Program-made: the position numbers and the translations under genes
Shown: positions 1-13,633 of the stretch, piece after piece
Numbering within the stretch: the first letter of the stretch is position 1
Layout: each line of letters begins with the position of its first letter
Origin: Octopus sinensis
Lineage: Eukaryota
DNA: 64,000 nt
NCBI RefSeq assembly: GCF_006345805.1
Contig: NW_021830454.1
Location: 1-64,000 of the forward strand
Direction: 5' to 3'
The notes under the pieces: model-generated
The model's input: the letters and a program-made list of their open reading frames with translations, nothing else
What the model was told of the DNA's origin: nothing
Database searches by the model: none

Positions 1-974
1 TAGTCGATCGTTGTTGACGTTCATATTTTCAGAGAACATCGTCGTGGCTCTTGTCTACCACTGGTCTCTCACTAGAATACGTGCTTCGAAGGATTACCAG
101 ATGCATCAATTAACATGTAGGGGACAGTGCTCCAAATAACATTTCAGCTATCAAGCACGTAGCCTTGATGTTCGTTTGACCCAGGACCAGAGATCTGTCA
201 ATGATATGAAATTTGGGGAGACATACCTGGCGAAGAGAAACGACAAATGTAAAGCGTCCAAGAATATTGGTAACCGCTCTAATCTCAACGTATATCTGTG
301 TAATATCAGCAATTTCATAATGAATCTCCAGACAGCATAATAACACTTGACGGAGCTACTAACCAGTGGAAATCGTCCACTCCACAAAATATGAAAGAGC
401 AGATGTTCCAATCACGTGAAATGAAAACTGTGACAAGGCATGATGGTTAGGCGATAATAAGAGACAAGGGAGATCGGTGTGTTTATTATCTGTGATTCAT
501 CTTTCTGAAATAAATTCCGCTTCGACCTTTTCTATCACTGACTGGTCTTTGCTTGTAACCTCGTCCAACTCGTAGCTCTTATATATTTGGATGTCTGATC
601 TAAACCAGTTCTCCAAATATTTTAACAGAAACACCTGTTAGTGCAAGTCTATGCAGGCCAGCTGAGAGGCAAAAGACCCACACCTCTGGCCTACGTAGAC
701 GAGCCTTCCTCTGTACGGAGCTGTACGCCTACCAACATGATTAATGCGTAATTTATTAATCAATTAATCTTTTCGAAAGGATAATAATGAATGTCCCACT
801 ATAACAATATCTTGTCGATCGCCTGTATTTTTCTCATTCTGAATGCGTCGCGATAATGTCGTTGCGTGTATCAAACCTGAGGTTACATCTCCCAGTTCAA
901 GCGTTGTAAACCGCAAGACTTCTGGTCTCAGCAGCACTGTTTCCAGCACTGATGAGAAATAAAAGTATTAGAAA

Positions 975-1357
975 GAGTGGCTGTGTGGTAAGTAGCTTGC
1001 TAACCAACCACATGGTTCCGGGTTCAGTCCCACTGCGTGGCATCTTGGGCAAGTGTCTTCTGCTATAGCCTTGGGCCGACCAATGCCTTGTGAGGGGATT
1101 TGGTAGACGGAAACTCAAAGAAGCCCGTCGTATATATGTATATATATATGTATGTGTTTGTGTGTCTGTGTTTGTCCCCCTAGCATTGCTTGACAACCGA
1201 TGCTGGTGTGTTTACGTCCCCGTCACTTAGCGGTTCGGCAAAAGAGACCGATAGAATAAGTACTGGGCTTACAAAGAATAAGTCCCGGGGTCGATTTGCT
1301 CGACTAAAGGCGGTGCTCCAACATGGCTGCAGTCAAATGACTGAAACAAGTAAAATA
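975..1357 (+). mobile_element. tRNA-derived SINE, family A (CORE-like centre, internal AT/GT microsatellite)
   Basis: Pol III A-box-like TGGCTGTGTGGTAAG and B-box-like GGTTCAGTCCC, then CTTGGGCAAGTGTC. Tail is GGCGGTGCTCCAACATGGCTGCAGTCAAATGACTGAAAC plus A-rich end. Homologous copies at 2378, 7385, 26070 and 47568. Confidence 0.9.
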
Positions 1358-1939
1358 AAATAAAAAAAAAACTATCTTGACAGACCTAGCGTCAAAACGA
1401 AATAGTTCCAATACGTGGCCAGTTAATCTGAACAACGACCAAGGTTCCAACCCGTATTACGGGAACCGAAGTTCTTTATAGACAGACATAGGAGTGAAGA
1501 AAAGGTGTTGTGTTTATGTGGTTACGTATGAAACGTTTCAAAGACATCGGGGTCACAATTACGAATACAAAACCAACAAAAAATACAATAAAACAACAAC
1601 AATAACAATGAGATAAACTACGTACTGAAACAAGTCGTTAACTCTTTGTTTAGACGGTGTATCGATTTATTTAATGATGTATTTGTTAAATAGTTTTGTA
1701 TTGAGGTTGGTTGAATTTTATTTTAAATGTTGTTAACTTAAAAAAAAATAATAAAAAAGAGTTGTTTTTCAATCATTCACAGAATATTTTCACTGTATTA
1801 ATTTTCCTATTATTTCGGCAATTACAATCTCATTAAATTCTCCATTTGTTTAACATTTCTCTCCCCCAACCTTGTTTTTAAAGAGTAAAACGTCAATAAC
1901 AACTAAGATTTTCATAGTCCGTGTAGAAATGGCGAATAT

Positions 1940-1981
1940 CATCATTATTATTATTGTTGGTATTGTTGTTATTATTGTTGC

Positions 1982-2057
<76 letters not shown>

Positions 2058-2080
2058 GGTGTTGTTGTTATTATTGTTGC

Positions 2081-2133
<53 letters not shown>

Positions 2134-2221
2134 TTATATTATTATTATTAATTTTATTATTATTATTATTATTATTATATTATTATTATTATTATATTAT
2201 TATTATATTATTATTAATGTA

Positions 2222-2295
<74 letters not shown>

Positions 2296-2335
2296 TTATT
2301 ATTAATGTAATTATTATTATTATTATTATTATAAC
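1940..2335. repeat. (ATT)n microsatellite array with interruptions
   Basis: Direct reading; gives rise to the poly-I/poly-L ORFs. Confidence 0.95.
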
Positions 2336-2377
2336 GATTGAAATGATCAATGATTTTTTTAAATACTATATTTAATT

Positions 2378-2601
2378 TTTTCCATCTGTTTCAGTCATTG
2401 GACTGCGGCGAGGCTGGGGCACCTCCTTAAAGGGTTTTAACCGAAGAAATTGACCGTTGCACTTAATTTCTAAGTCTGATAATTAATCTATTGGTCTCTT
2501 TTTGCCAAACCACTAAGTTAAGCGGACATAAACAAAACAACAATTAATCAAAGGGTATCGGGACAGACACAAACACATAGACAGGCGCGCACGCCACGCA
2601 T

Positions 2602-2643
<42 letters not shown>

Positions 2644-2795
2644 TTACGACGGTCTTCCATCCGTTTCCATCTAATAACAAGGTTATGATCAGCCGAGGGC
2701 CATTGTAGAAAACATTTGGCCAAGGTGTCACGCAGTGGGATTGAACCCGAAGCTATCTAGATGGGGAGCAACCTTCTTATCAGACAGTCTTGCTT
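2378..2795 (-). mobile_element. SINE family A copy
   Basis: Reverse complement of family A tail (TGTTTCAGTCATTGGACTGCGG) and head (CCAAGGTGTCACGCAGTGGGATTGAACCC), with internal (CA)n. Confidence 0.85.
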
Positions 2796-3084
2796 CTATA
2801 AGGCTTATCACACTTTTGTATTTTCGGGTGCTTGTCGCATCATAAGATGTATCTAAGATTTCATTACATTTTTTTTACTCATATTCTTAAACAATATATT
2901 ATTCGAACCCTTTCTCAAATTTCATCCAAGCATTTTATAAAAGAAATGGTATCAGATAAAAAAAAGTCTTCTATATTCGTTAATAAACGAACGGGGCTGT
3001 CAAATCTGAAATATATTTGGTCATAACTTTCTTGATAAGTGTTGGCCTGAGGCTCTAAAGCAACGACAAAAACTGGCATAGCGA

Positions 3085-3290
3085 TGGGGTTCGTAAGCTC
3101 CTTTTGGAAACAGGCAGTTTTCTGGTTCAATCGCGATGCACGGTACTTTGAGTTAGTGTTTTTCTACATATAGCTCAGGACTGACCAATAGCTTATGAGT
3201 GAATTTGGTTGACAAACTGTGTGAAAGCCCGTCATGTATACAAACATATATGTATACTTACATAGATATGTGTGTGAGTGTGTGTGCTTT
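3085..3290 (+). mobile_element. degenerate SINE family A 5' half
   Basis: GGTTCAATCGCGATGCACGGTACTTTGAG...GACCAATAGCTTATGAGTGAATTTGG...AAAGCCCGTC aligns by eye to 1020-1135. Confidence 0.6.
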
Positions 3291-3386
3291 ATAAGAATTT
3301 ATAGAAAGGTATCCCATAGAAACTCAACAAATATGTTAAAAATAAATGAAATATAATTCAACCATTCATACACATACATGCACATA

Positions 3387-3431
<45 letters not shown>

Positions 3432-3443
3432 TCATATATACAT

Positions 3444-3745
3444 GAAGGCACGTGGCTTAGTGGTTAGGGTGTTGCACTAACGATTGCGAGAGAACAGGTT
3501 CGATTCCCAGAGCGGGCGTTGTGTCGTGTTCTTGAGCAAAGCACTTCATTTCACGTTGCTCTGCAATCGTTTCGTCATCTGACATGTGGCACACGGTGTA
3601 CCTGAACAGGTAATGTCGATTTGATGGAGGGAGTGAACTTATGTCAACACAAATATTTCATCCATGTAAACAAATCCTTTGTGTAGTTGTTCGGCAAGGA
3701 ATGGCCGAACCCTCATACATCGTCTAACAACAGAAGAGTTCATTA
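3444..3745 (+). mobile_element. tRNA-derived SINE, family C
   Basis: GAAGGCACGTGGCTTAGTGGTTAGGG (A box), GGTTCGATTCCC (B box), GTGTTCTTGAGCAAAGCACTT. Related copies at 22400 and 30499. Confidence 0.85.
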
Positions 3746-3751
3746 TATATA

Positions 3752-3962
3752 TAGCCGTAGGAAGCATCGACGCCTCCTGATGGCTTTGACACATTTTTCC
3801 TGTGTCCTTATATACATTTACGAAGGACAATCATCCTGAAACACGTGTCCCTAGATGCACCCCTGGCGGCCGGGGGAATTTGTCTCCCCTTCGTAAATGT
3901 ATATAAGGACACAGGAAATATGTGTCAAAGCCATCAGGAGACGTCGATGCTTCCTAGGGCTA
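3752..3962 (+). mobile_element. 75-bp inverted-repeat element carrying a split hammerhead ribozyme motif (PLE pLTR/retrozyme-like; alternatively a TA-flanked MITE)
   Basis: Arms 3752-3826 and 3888-3962 match 72/75. Spacer reads AGGA-caatca-TCCT-GAAAC-ACGT-GTC-cctag. Confidence 0.65.
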
Positions 3963-4090
3963 AACAGCGGTGGTGTACCCCCCTACTGTCACGTTCGTGT
4001 TAGATTGACAGTATACAACCATTCTATATATATATATATATAATATTAATTAGAGACAAAACCACTATTAAAACTATTAAAACCACTAAT

Positions 4091-4147
<57 letters not shown>

Positions 4148-4149
<2 letters not shown>

Positions 4150-4245
4150 GCCGATTTGTTTGCCTAGAAACTCTCAAGGCGGTGCTCCAGCACTGCTGCG
4201 TCAAATGACTGAAACAAGTAAAAGAATAAAAGAATTAAAGAATAA
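4148..4245 (+). mobile_element. SINE family A 3' tail fragment
   Basis: AAGGCGGTGCTCCAGCAC...GTCAAATGACTGAAACAAGTAAAAGAATAAAAG. Confidence 0.8.
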
Positions 4246-4264
4246 AATAATATAAATACACAGA

Positions 4265-4372
4265 CACGAATGGATGCTGGAATGTTCCTGGTTTTAGTTA
4301 AAAGAAAATACAAGAGGATCAGTTAATTATGATTTTATTCAACATATTCTTCTCTTAGATTCACGCACTTTA
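4265..4372. mobile_element. mariner-derived MITE end fragment
   Basis: AAAAGAAAATACAAGAGGATCAG matches 50975-51003, and CAACATATTCTTCTCTTAGATTCA matches 22547-22570, whose minus strand encodes a mariner C-terminus-like peptide. Confidence 0.55.
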
Positions 4373-4539
4373 AGGTGATAAAAGGTTGTTTCGGGAAGAT
4401 TTGGTTTCTATTTCAGGAAGGTCGTTTTACCACGTAGCTCACAGACTTTTCCTTGTTTTGTTCTTGTTAAGGCTTCTATGCCTATTGTTGCTGTTGCTGT
4501 TGTTGAGGTCGCTGCTGCTTTTCTTGTATCAGAAGTAGC

Positions 4540-4621
4540 AGTTGTTGTCCTCCTCCTCTTCTTCTTCTTCTTCTTCTTCTTCTTCTTCTCCTTCTCCTTC
4601 TTCTTCTTCTTCTTCTTCTTC
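4540..4621. repeat. (CTT)n microsatellite
   Basis: Direct reading. Confidence 0.95.
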
Positions 4622-4904
4622 CAATCAAGACTCATGCCATTAGCCACAAAGAATAATCATTAATTCGAGCCTACTCTAAGCTACTAAGAATGCATGTGGC
4701 AACTTGAAGATTCACCCAACACACGCGATAGACTCGCGGTTGCACGGGCGCAAAAGCTACGTTGTTATCCTCATTCCGTAAACGGTGACTTTTAACGGGT
4801 GGAGAGCTGAACCATCCTGGGGTACAGAGGATTCACAATCTAGACTAGGGTCTGAAAGTTTACCACACCATAATCGGTTACCCCATGGTTCCTCTGCTTT
4901 GTGG

Positions 4905-5100
4905 TAGAAGTAGGAAGAAAGAGTGAGAGAAAGTTGTGGCGAAAGAGTACAACGGGGTTCAACACCACCCTCCGCCGAAGCCTCGTGGACCTTAGGTGAT
5001 TTTGGTCAATAAACACTCACAATGTCCGGTCTGGGAATCGAAACTGCGTTCTTACGACCGCGAGTCCGCTGCCCTAACCACTGGGCCATTGCGCCTCCAC
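4905..5100 (-). mobile_element. tRNA-derived SINE, family D (5' part)
   Basis: Minus strand GTGGAGGCGCAATGGCCCAGTGGTTAGGGCAGCGGACTCGCGG...GTTTCGATTCCCAGACC. Homologous copies at 51306 and 54915. Confidence 0.9.
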
Positions 5101-6200
5101 GCTGCCGTTGTGATCGTTTTTGCTGCTGTTGGTAGGATTACCACTGTTGCTCATGTTGCTGCTATTTTTTGTTCTTACTGTTGTTGTTGTTGTTGTTGTT
5201 GTTGTTGCTGTTGTTCATGCTGCTGCTGCTGCTGTGGTTGCTCTTGCAGCTTTTAATGCTGTGGTTGCTGTTGCTGTCGCTGTTGTTGTTGCTGCTGCTG
5301 TTTCTGCAGCTGTTACTGTTGATGCTGTTGTTGTTGTGAATTCTGCTGTTGTTGCCGTCATCGTTGTTGTAGCTGCTGCTCTTGCTGCTGGTGCTGTTGT
5401 TGTCCCCCACCCTACATTAACCTTAATCGTGCACACCCATGATCAAAGGCAATAAACCCTGCCGATCTCTCTCCCTTTTTCTCTCACTATATCTCTCTTT
5501 CTCATGTATTATTTCTTCCTTGTTATCCCTCTTTCTTTTTAACACACACACACACACTCTCTCTCTCTCTCTCTCTCTCTCTGTATCATTTCTCATAGAC
5601 TGAAACTCATCGATACACTCCCACTTTTTCTGATGTACTTGTCTCTCTCTCTTTCAATTTTCACTCTCACTACTCCTCTCTTTCTCACTACCCCCTCTCC
5701 CTCTCTTTCAACCTCTCTATCTTAAACTACCCTTCTTCCTCTTGCTCTCTCCTCTTTCTCTCTTACTCTGTCTCTCAGACAGTCCTCTCTCTCCGTGTTA
5801 TTTCTTTTCTCTCTCCTACTCTCTTATCTCTTTCTCTTGCCTCTTGCCTCTCTCACTCTCTTACTATCTCCTCTCTCAAACTCATCTCTCTCTTTCTCCC
5901 TTTCTCTGTTTCTCCTCTATCTCTCACTTTCTTCCCTCTCTTTCCCTTACACTCTTATCACTCTCTTACTCTCTTCTCTTTCCTTTACTCTCTAATCTGT
6001 CCCTTACTCTCCTCTCTTTCTCTTGCTCTCCCGTCTTTCTACAACACTCTCCTCTCTCTCTCGCTGACTCTCTCCCTCTCTTTCTCTTATTCTCTCATCA
6101 CTCCCTCTCTCTCTTACTCTCTTCCTTCTCTCTCACCCTCTTTATATCTCTATCGTTTTTAACTGAAACTCCTATTTTTCCACATTTAAAAAAATTTCCA
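5101..6200. repeat. (GTT/GCT)n block followed by long (CT)-rich polypyrimidine tract
   Basis: Direct reading; low-complexity ORFs only. Confidence 0.9.
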
Positions 6201-6559
6201 CATTGATCCTTTTTCGTCCTTCATTTACTTCTGACTTCACTCAGACTCGCACTCCTTGAAGCTCAAAGTTATCTTTTCACATTTGTAGCTTCACATTGCC
6301 TTCTTCTCTTTTACACACACATACAACACTCACTCACACACCCAGTAAACAGACACAGAAACACGTAAACACACTGATACTCAAAGTTATGCTTGCCAAT
6401 TTGCATTTTCAATTTCCGTTTCTCTCTCCTTCTCTCTCTCTCTCTCTCTCTATCACCCTATCGCTTTCTCTTTGACTCTCTCTCTCTCTCTCTCTCTCTC
6501 TCATACATACTCGCGCGGTCACATACAAACTCACGCTCAACGAAGGTTAAAGTTTTTTA

Positions 6560-6789
6560 CAGTAATCCCTCTCCATATCGCGGTTTAGTGATTGTGTACT
6601 CAGTACATCGCGGTTTACCTATCGCGCACTCATTACATCGCGGATTTTTCTGACTAATATATGTAGATTCTCAATATATATAAACTCCTCAGTATATCGC
6701 GGGTCTCTGCTGCCGATACGTATTTATATTCTTTTAGATTTTAATTACTTCTGTGGGAGATTACACCCGCGACAATCAATAGATTACTG
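6560..6789. mobile_element. Tigger/pogo-like MITE
   Basis: TA|CAGTAATCCC...GATTACTG|TA termini with TA on both sides; internal ATCGCGG repeats at about 6577, 6607, 6637 and 6696. Confidence 0.75.
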
Positions 6790-7216
6790 TACTTGCATTT
6801 GAGCTTTCATTTCCACTACTCCTCTCCTTTTCTTCTTCTTTCTTTCTTTCTCTTAATTTTTCTCTCATTAACTGAAACTTAAAATTACTATACCACCTTT
6901 ATATTTCCAGATTCGCCTTTTCACCAATTCGCTTTCTACTAGTCTTGCATTGATCTCTGTTTCTAGCATTTCCACGAACTCATTTTCAAAATTATCTTTC
7001 CACTTCCTCTAGCATTTTCGCTCTACCGCTTTCATCCTCTCAATAAAAAATCTATTTTCCACCTTCCTTAAGTTAGCAGTTTCACAATTCACTTCTTTAT
7101 TTTTATTGCTCACATCTGTCTGTCTGTCTCTCTGTCTCTGTCTCTCACTGCCCTTCACTTTATCTATCTATCTATCTATCTATCTAACTATCTATCTATC
7201 TATCTATCTATCTATA

Positions 7217-7256
<40 letters not shown>

Positions 7257-7384
7257 AATCTATCACCCTATCATCCTTTCTTTATCTATCTCTATCTCTA
7301 TTCATGTCTCCTTCATTCGCTCTCCCCCTCTCTCTTTCTCTCTCTCTCCTGCTCTTCCACATTTTCTTCACTTCCACGGGCATG

Positions 7385-7647
7385 GTAATGGCATTATGGT
7401 TAAGAATCTCACCTTGCGATCACGTGGCTTCGAATTCGATCCCACTTCGTGGTACCTTGGGCTAGAAATGCCATGTATTATATCTATGGGTCGACCAATG
7501 CATTGTGAGTGAATTTGGTGGTCAGAAACTGTTGCGGCCTGTCGTATACATACACACACACACACATACATACATACATACATACATACATACACATACA
7601 TACATACATACATACATACATACATACATAGAAATGCTCTCACACAC

Positions 7648-7699
<52 letters not shown>

Positions 7700-7962
7700 T
7701 ATATATACACACACACATACATCAATGTCTGCGACTGTGTGTCTTTGTGTCTTATTCTGAGTCCAACACTCACTAACCATTTGACAGTAGGTGTTGTTTT
7801 GTTTACATTCCCGTAACTTAGCGTTACTTCATAAGAGCGACTGATAGAATCGATACCTCACTTTACAAAAACAGAATTACTGTTATCAATTGGCTTCACT
7901 AATCATCTCTTGTAAGCAATGGTCCAGCATGGCTGCAGTCCAATGACTGAAACACGTAAAAT
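7385..7962 (+). mobile_element. diverged SINE family A copy with expanded internal (CATA)/(AT) microsatellite
   Basis: Head GAATTCGATCCCACTTCGTGGTACCTTGGGC, GACCAATGCATTGTGAGTG; tail CCAGCATGGCTGCAGTCCAATGACTGAAAC. Confidence 0.8.
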
Positions 7963-7999
7963 TTGAAAGATATATTCCATTCCTAAATATCCTTTCTCC

Positions 8000-9090
8000 T
8001 CTATCTTGGACATACATACATACATACATACATACATGCATACATACAGACATACATACATACACGCATTCTCTCTCTCACCTCCCACTCTCTCCCATAC
8101 ACACACACTCTCTCCCACACTTTCTCTCTCTCTCTCTCTCTCTCTCTTCCCGTCTGTAGACCCTTTTTATTCTCTCTCTGTCTCTCTTTCTTTCTAGCTG
8201 CCCCATTCATGGAAACTCATCTATAACTTTCCACTTACGTTCTAGTTTTCTCTTCCTCCCTTTCCTCATCCTCCTCTTTCTCCTCCACCTCCTCATTATC
8301 ATCATTCTCCCTTCCTCTCTCTCTTTCCTTATCGTCATTCTCGCATCCTCTCACTTTCCTTCTGATCATTTTCACTCCCAACTATCTCTCACCCTCTCTC
8401 TCTTTCTGTCTGTCTGTCTGTCTCTCTCTCATTCTCCCTTTCTCATTCTCTCTCTCTCTCTCACTCTCTCTCTCTCTCATTCATTCATTCAAACAAAACT
8501 TATCTATATTTTCCACATTTTCTTAATTTTCGATTTCACATTTCTTCCGCCATCTCTCCCTCTCTCTCTCTCTCTCTCACTCTCTTTCACTCCCAGCTTC
8601 TCACTCTGTCCGTCTGTCTGTTTGTCTGTCTGTCTCTCTCTCTCTCTTTCTTTCTCCCTCTCTCTCTCACACACACATACACACACACACACACATATAC
8701 AAATATCGCTCACTCACACACAAACTTCCATCTATCTTTTCGTTTTTAATTTCCCGCTCTTTCACATACGCAAGCTTTCAACCTTTTTCTCCTTTCCGTA
8801 TCACTCTTACTCTTTCCATTTCTCCTCTCTATCGCTTTCTCACCCATTCTAACATTTAAATCTTTCTCTCCCCATCTCTCTCTCTCTTTCTTTATTGACT
8901 TCTTTATTCCATTTCTTTTTCTTCATCACTTTCCTTCTCTTTTTCCATTTCTCTCTCACTCTTCTTTCTTTCTCTCTCTCTCTCTCTCTTTCTCTGTTAA
9001 TTTCACTTTATCACTCTCTCTCTCACTTACCCTATCCCTGTGTGACAATCACTCTCTCTCTTTCACTCTCTTTAGCTCCTTTGCGCTCTC
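8000..9090. repeat. (CT)-rich low-complexity tract
   Basis: Direct reading. Confidence 0.85.
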
Positions 9091-9149
9091 TAAGGAAACA
9101 AATAATAGGATACCACTGCGATGGCTACTGCTGCTGCTAATATTTTCGT

Positions 9150-9860
<711 letters not shown>

Positions 9861-10109
9861 TGGTGGCAGTGCTGTGATCAACTTCCTCTTCTTTCTTCCT
9901 TAGCCTTCTGCATTGTTTATTTTCTTTCTTTCCTTTTTCCTCCTTCTCCTCATGCCACTCCTCATCCTCCACCAACACCCGCACCCATCCCATTCCATCC
10001 CGTCCCATCCCCCCCACTTTTCCTTTTCCAAGCTGCTGAAACAAAACTGGATGCAGTCTTGCAGTGAATCGAATGAAAGAAAGCAAGCTCGGCTGAAGAT
10101 GGTTTCGTG

Positions 10110-10213
10110 AAGCTTGGTTGATGGATGTGTGTATGTGTGTGTGTGTGTGTGTACGTGTGCGTGTGTGTGTGTGCGTGTGCTAGTGTCTGTATTATGTATA
10201 TACACACGCACGC

Positions 10214-10248
<35 letters not shown>

Positions 10249-10476
10249 CAGTGTATGTGTATGTGCATTATATATGTATACACATAAATACATATGTATA
10301 TACACACAGGCACATATATACTTATATATATATATATATATACATATACGTTACATATACTTATACATACACTCATATATATATATGAACTATAAGATGC
10401 ATATATATATATACGTATATATATATACATATATATGTATATCATGTATATATATTTATATATATATATATGTATG

Positions 10477-10511
<35 letters not shown>

Positions 10512-10894
10512 TTACACACACATTTACATATATAGTTATTTATGTATATGTATATATATATATATAGATATATACATGTAAATATACATTACATACATAT
10601 ATACACACACATGCACATATATATATATACGTACCCACACATTCGTATGCATCTATTTATGCTTGTGTATATATGTATATATATGTATATATCACACACA
10701 CACACACACACATATATATCACGCATTTCACACGCACTCACACTTTCCCAAACTCTCTCTTACTCTATCTCCTCTCTCACTTTGAGTGTGTGTGTGTGGT
10801 GTGTGTGTGTGTGTGTGTGTGTTTGTACATAGAGAAAGAGAGACAATAAATTTATGTGACAGAGATATAGACAGAAGGAGGAGAGAAAAGGTAC

Positions 10895-10936
<42 letters not shown>

Positions 10937-11150
10937 CTGTGAATAAGGGTAAAGTGAGGCGAATTGTGGGACAGAAACAAAGATGCAGAGACAGAGCAAG
11001 AGAGAGAGAGAGAGAGAGATTGGGAAAAAGAAAGAGAAAGAAAGAGAGAGAGTGAGTGAGTCAAGGAAATGAATGTCTAAAGAGAAGGTGCGACTGAGTG
11101 ATAGTGAGAGGTAAAACGAAAGGGGGCAAAAAGAGAAAAGATGGATGATG
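10110..11150. repeat. compound (GT)/(AT)/(CA)/(GA) microsatellite block
   Basis: Direct reading. Confidence 0.9.
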
Positions 11151-11399
11151 GTGGCAGTGGTGGGGAGGCAATATTGACAGGATGATGAGGGGGGGTTCAT
11201 ATGTGGAATACGGGGAGGGGTTATGTGATGTGCAGTGGAGTGTATTGGAGTGAGGTGAAGTAGTAGTGGTAGCAGTGTAAGTGGGGGAAAGGGAGGTGGG
11301 GCGACTGTCGGTATGGTGGTGTTTTCCCTTTGATCAGCCAAGCATGGATGTCGAATCAAGCATGGCGTGGAAAGCTCTAATACACAGCACAGCCACCGT

Positions 11400-11498
11400 A
11401 CGTAGGCTCTACTGCTACCACTACCACTACCACCTTCACTACCGCCAACATCACCACCACCACTACCATCACTAATTCTACCACTACTACTACTGCTG

Positions 11499-11554
<56 letters not shown>

Positions 11555-11608
11555 GCCGAACACTAATTCCATTATCATCATCATTGTCGCCGTCATCATC
11601 ACCACCAC

Positions 11609-11641
<33 letters not shown>

Positions 11642-12800
11642 TTTCATCATCGTCATCATCATCGTCATGATCATCATAATCATCATCGTATTCATCATCA
11701 TAATCATCATCATCATTTTCATCATCGTAATCATCATCATCGTATTCATCATCATCGTAATCATCATCATCGTAATCATCATAATCATCATCATCATCAT
11801 CGTTATCCTCATCATCCCCCCTACCACCGCTGTCGCTACTACCGCCCTTGTCATCACCTCCACTGCCTTATCGTCATCACTATTACAGCCACTACAACAA
11901 CTACAACCAACACCAGCACCTGTACCAGCACCACTGCTGTTACCTTCACTGCAAACACTGCAAAATATACCACTATACCAGCATCGTCACCGCTACCACT
12001 TTTACTACTACCACCAACACCATGACCACCGCCTAAATAACACTTCTGTCAATTTTATAATTGCAAATACTATCAGCTTCATCACCACCACTACCATCAC
12101 CATTACAACCACCACCTTCACTGTCATCACGCTCATCACCACCACATTCATCATCACCACCACCGCCACCGTCACCAGTGCCATCATTACAACAACTACC
12201 GCCTCCGCCGCCGACGCCACCACCATCATTACCACTTCCGCTACTACCACCAGTATACTACTTCCATCCGCCTATACCACTTCCATCAGTTCTACCAAAG
12301 TTACCATTCACACTATTACCATCACAACCACCACTGCTACCACCATCACTGACACCACCACCATCACCACCACTACAATCGTCACTACCACCAATATCAT
12401 CACCTCCACCAACACCATCATTACCGCCACCACCACCATCATCACAGCCACCACCACCACCACCACCACCACCATCACCATCATCACCACTACCATCACC
12501 ATCTTTACCGCCACCACCACCACCATCATCACAGCCACCACTACCACCATCACCACCATCACCATCATTACCATCACCATCTTTACCGCCACCACTACCA
12601 CCGTCATCTCCACCACCATCACCACTACCATCACCATCATTACCGCCACCACCATCGCCTGTAACTAAAACACATCCTACAAACTACCTTCAACTACAAC
12701 AATAAACAAACATTGCTGACACCAGAAACACTACCTCCACCACCAGCACCACCACCGCTACGCCACCGCCACCACCACCATAATTTTTTACCAATAACAG
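11400..12800. repeat. degenerate (CTA)/(CAT)/(CAC)n trinucleotide array
   Basis: Direct reading; the 333-aa and 367-aa ORFs here are low-complexity artefacts. Confidence 0.9.
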
Positions 12801-12974
12801 TACTACCTCCGAAACTGTCACCTTCTTTCACGAACACTACCATCAAATGCACACACCCACCACCACTACCGCCAATACAAAGCATCGGCCAGAACACCTC
12901 ATAATTGAAACGACCACTAACAACAACAACAGCAACAACAACAACAACAGCAACCAAGGGAATATTTAAATTGT

Positions 12975-13580
12975 CTCCCAGCGTGTTAGAAATAGCACCA
13001 AACTATCCCTCAAATCACGCCTCTGCCATTTTAGTAAAGGTGACGTTAGTTAATGAAGGCCAGGTTCACAGCCGCTTAGTAAAATTGCACGATGGTCATG
13101 ACTAGGATGATTTTTGCTATAGGTATACTCGTTTGAGGCTGACCTAGGGCTAAAGAACAAGCAAAACTCCAACAACAAGATGGCGACCAAATGATGGATT
13201 TACTTCCTGCTCACTTGACTTGCTGGATAGCGCAGCAGCATCTCTAATGAATCGTAGACTACTTTTTGCAGATACGATCATTGACTAAAATGGTCTTATC
13301 CAGTGTGGGCATGGCTGGAACGTCTATGCTATAATAGCGAAAATAACAAAAGAAGGACACTCGGTTTTCTGGGAATAGCAGTCAAATGTTTCACATATTT
13401 CCTTGTTTAGCTTCAACAGAAGGATACATAATTTGCTAGAAATAGCAGCCACATGTACCTCAAATGTCACCATTAGTTCTTTGAATGAAGAACACGTGGG
13501 ATATGGTAGTTTTAACAACAGTCAAAAACAGAGAGTGGTCAAGGATGAATGGCTGTTGACCTGGGCTAAACAGCAACTAC
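12975..13580 (+). repeat. two to three diverged copies of a dispersed retroposon-like tail ending in GACCT(A/G)GGGCTAAA(C/G)AAC
   Basis: AGAAATAGCA(C/G)C(A/C)A at about 12989 and 13438; GATGGTCATGACT...ATAGGTATACTCG...GACCTAGGGCTAAAGAAC. Homologous to the unit of the 27847-28617 array. Confidence 0.6.
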
Positions 13581-13596
13581 AACAATAACAACAACA

Positions 13597-13599
<3 letters not shown>

Positions 13600-13633
<34 letters not shown>

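Noticed and set aside
1-950. Non-repetitive-looking stretch with short ORFs (110-346, 151-411, 764-949)
   Set aside because: No recognisable motif or splice-bounded frame; CTGATGAG at about 949 has no stem II or GAAAC partner.
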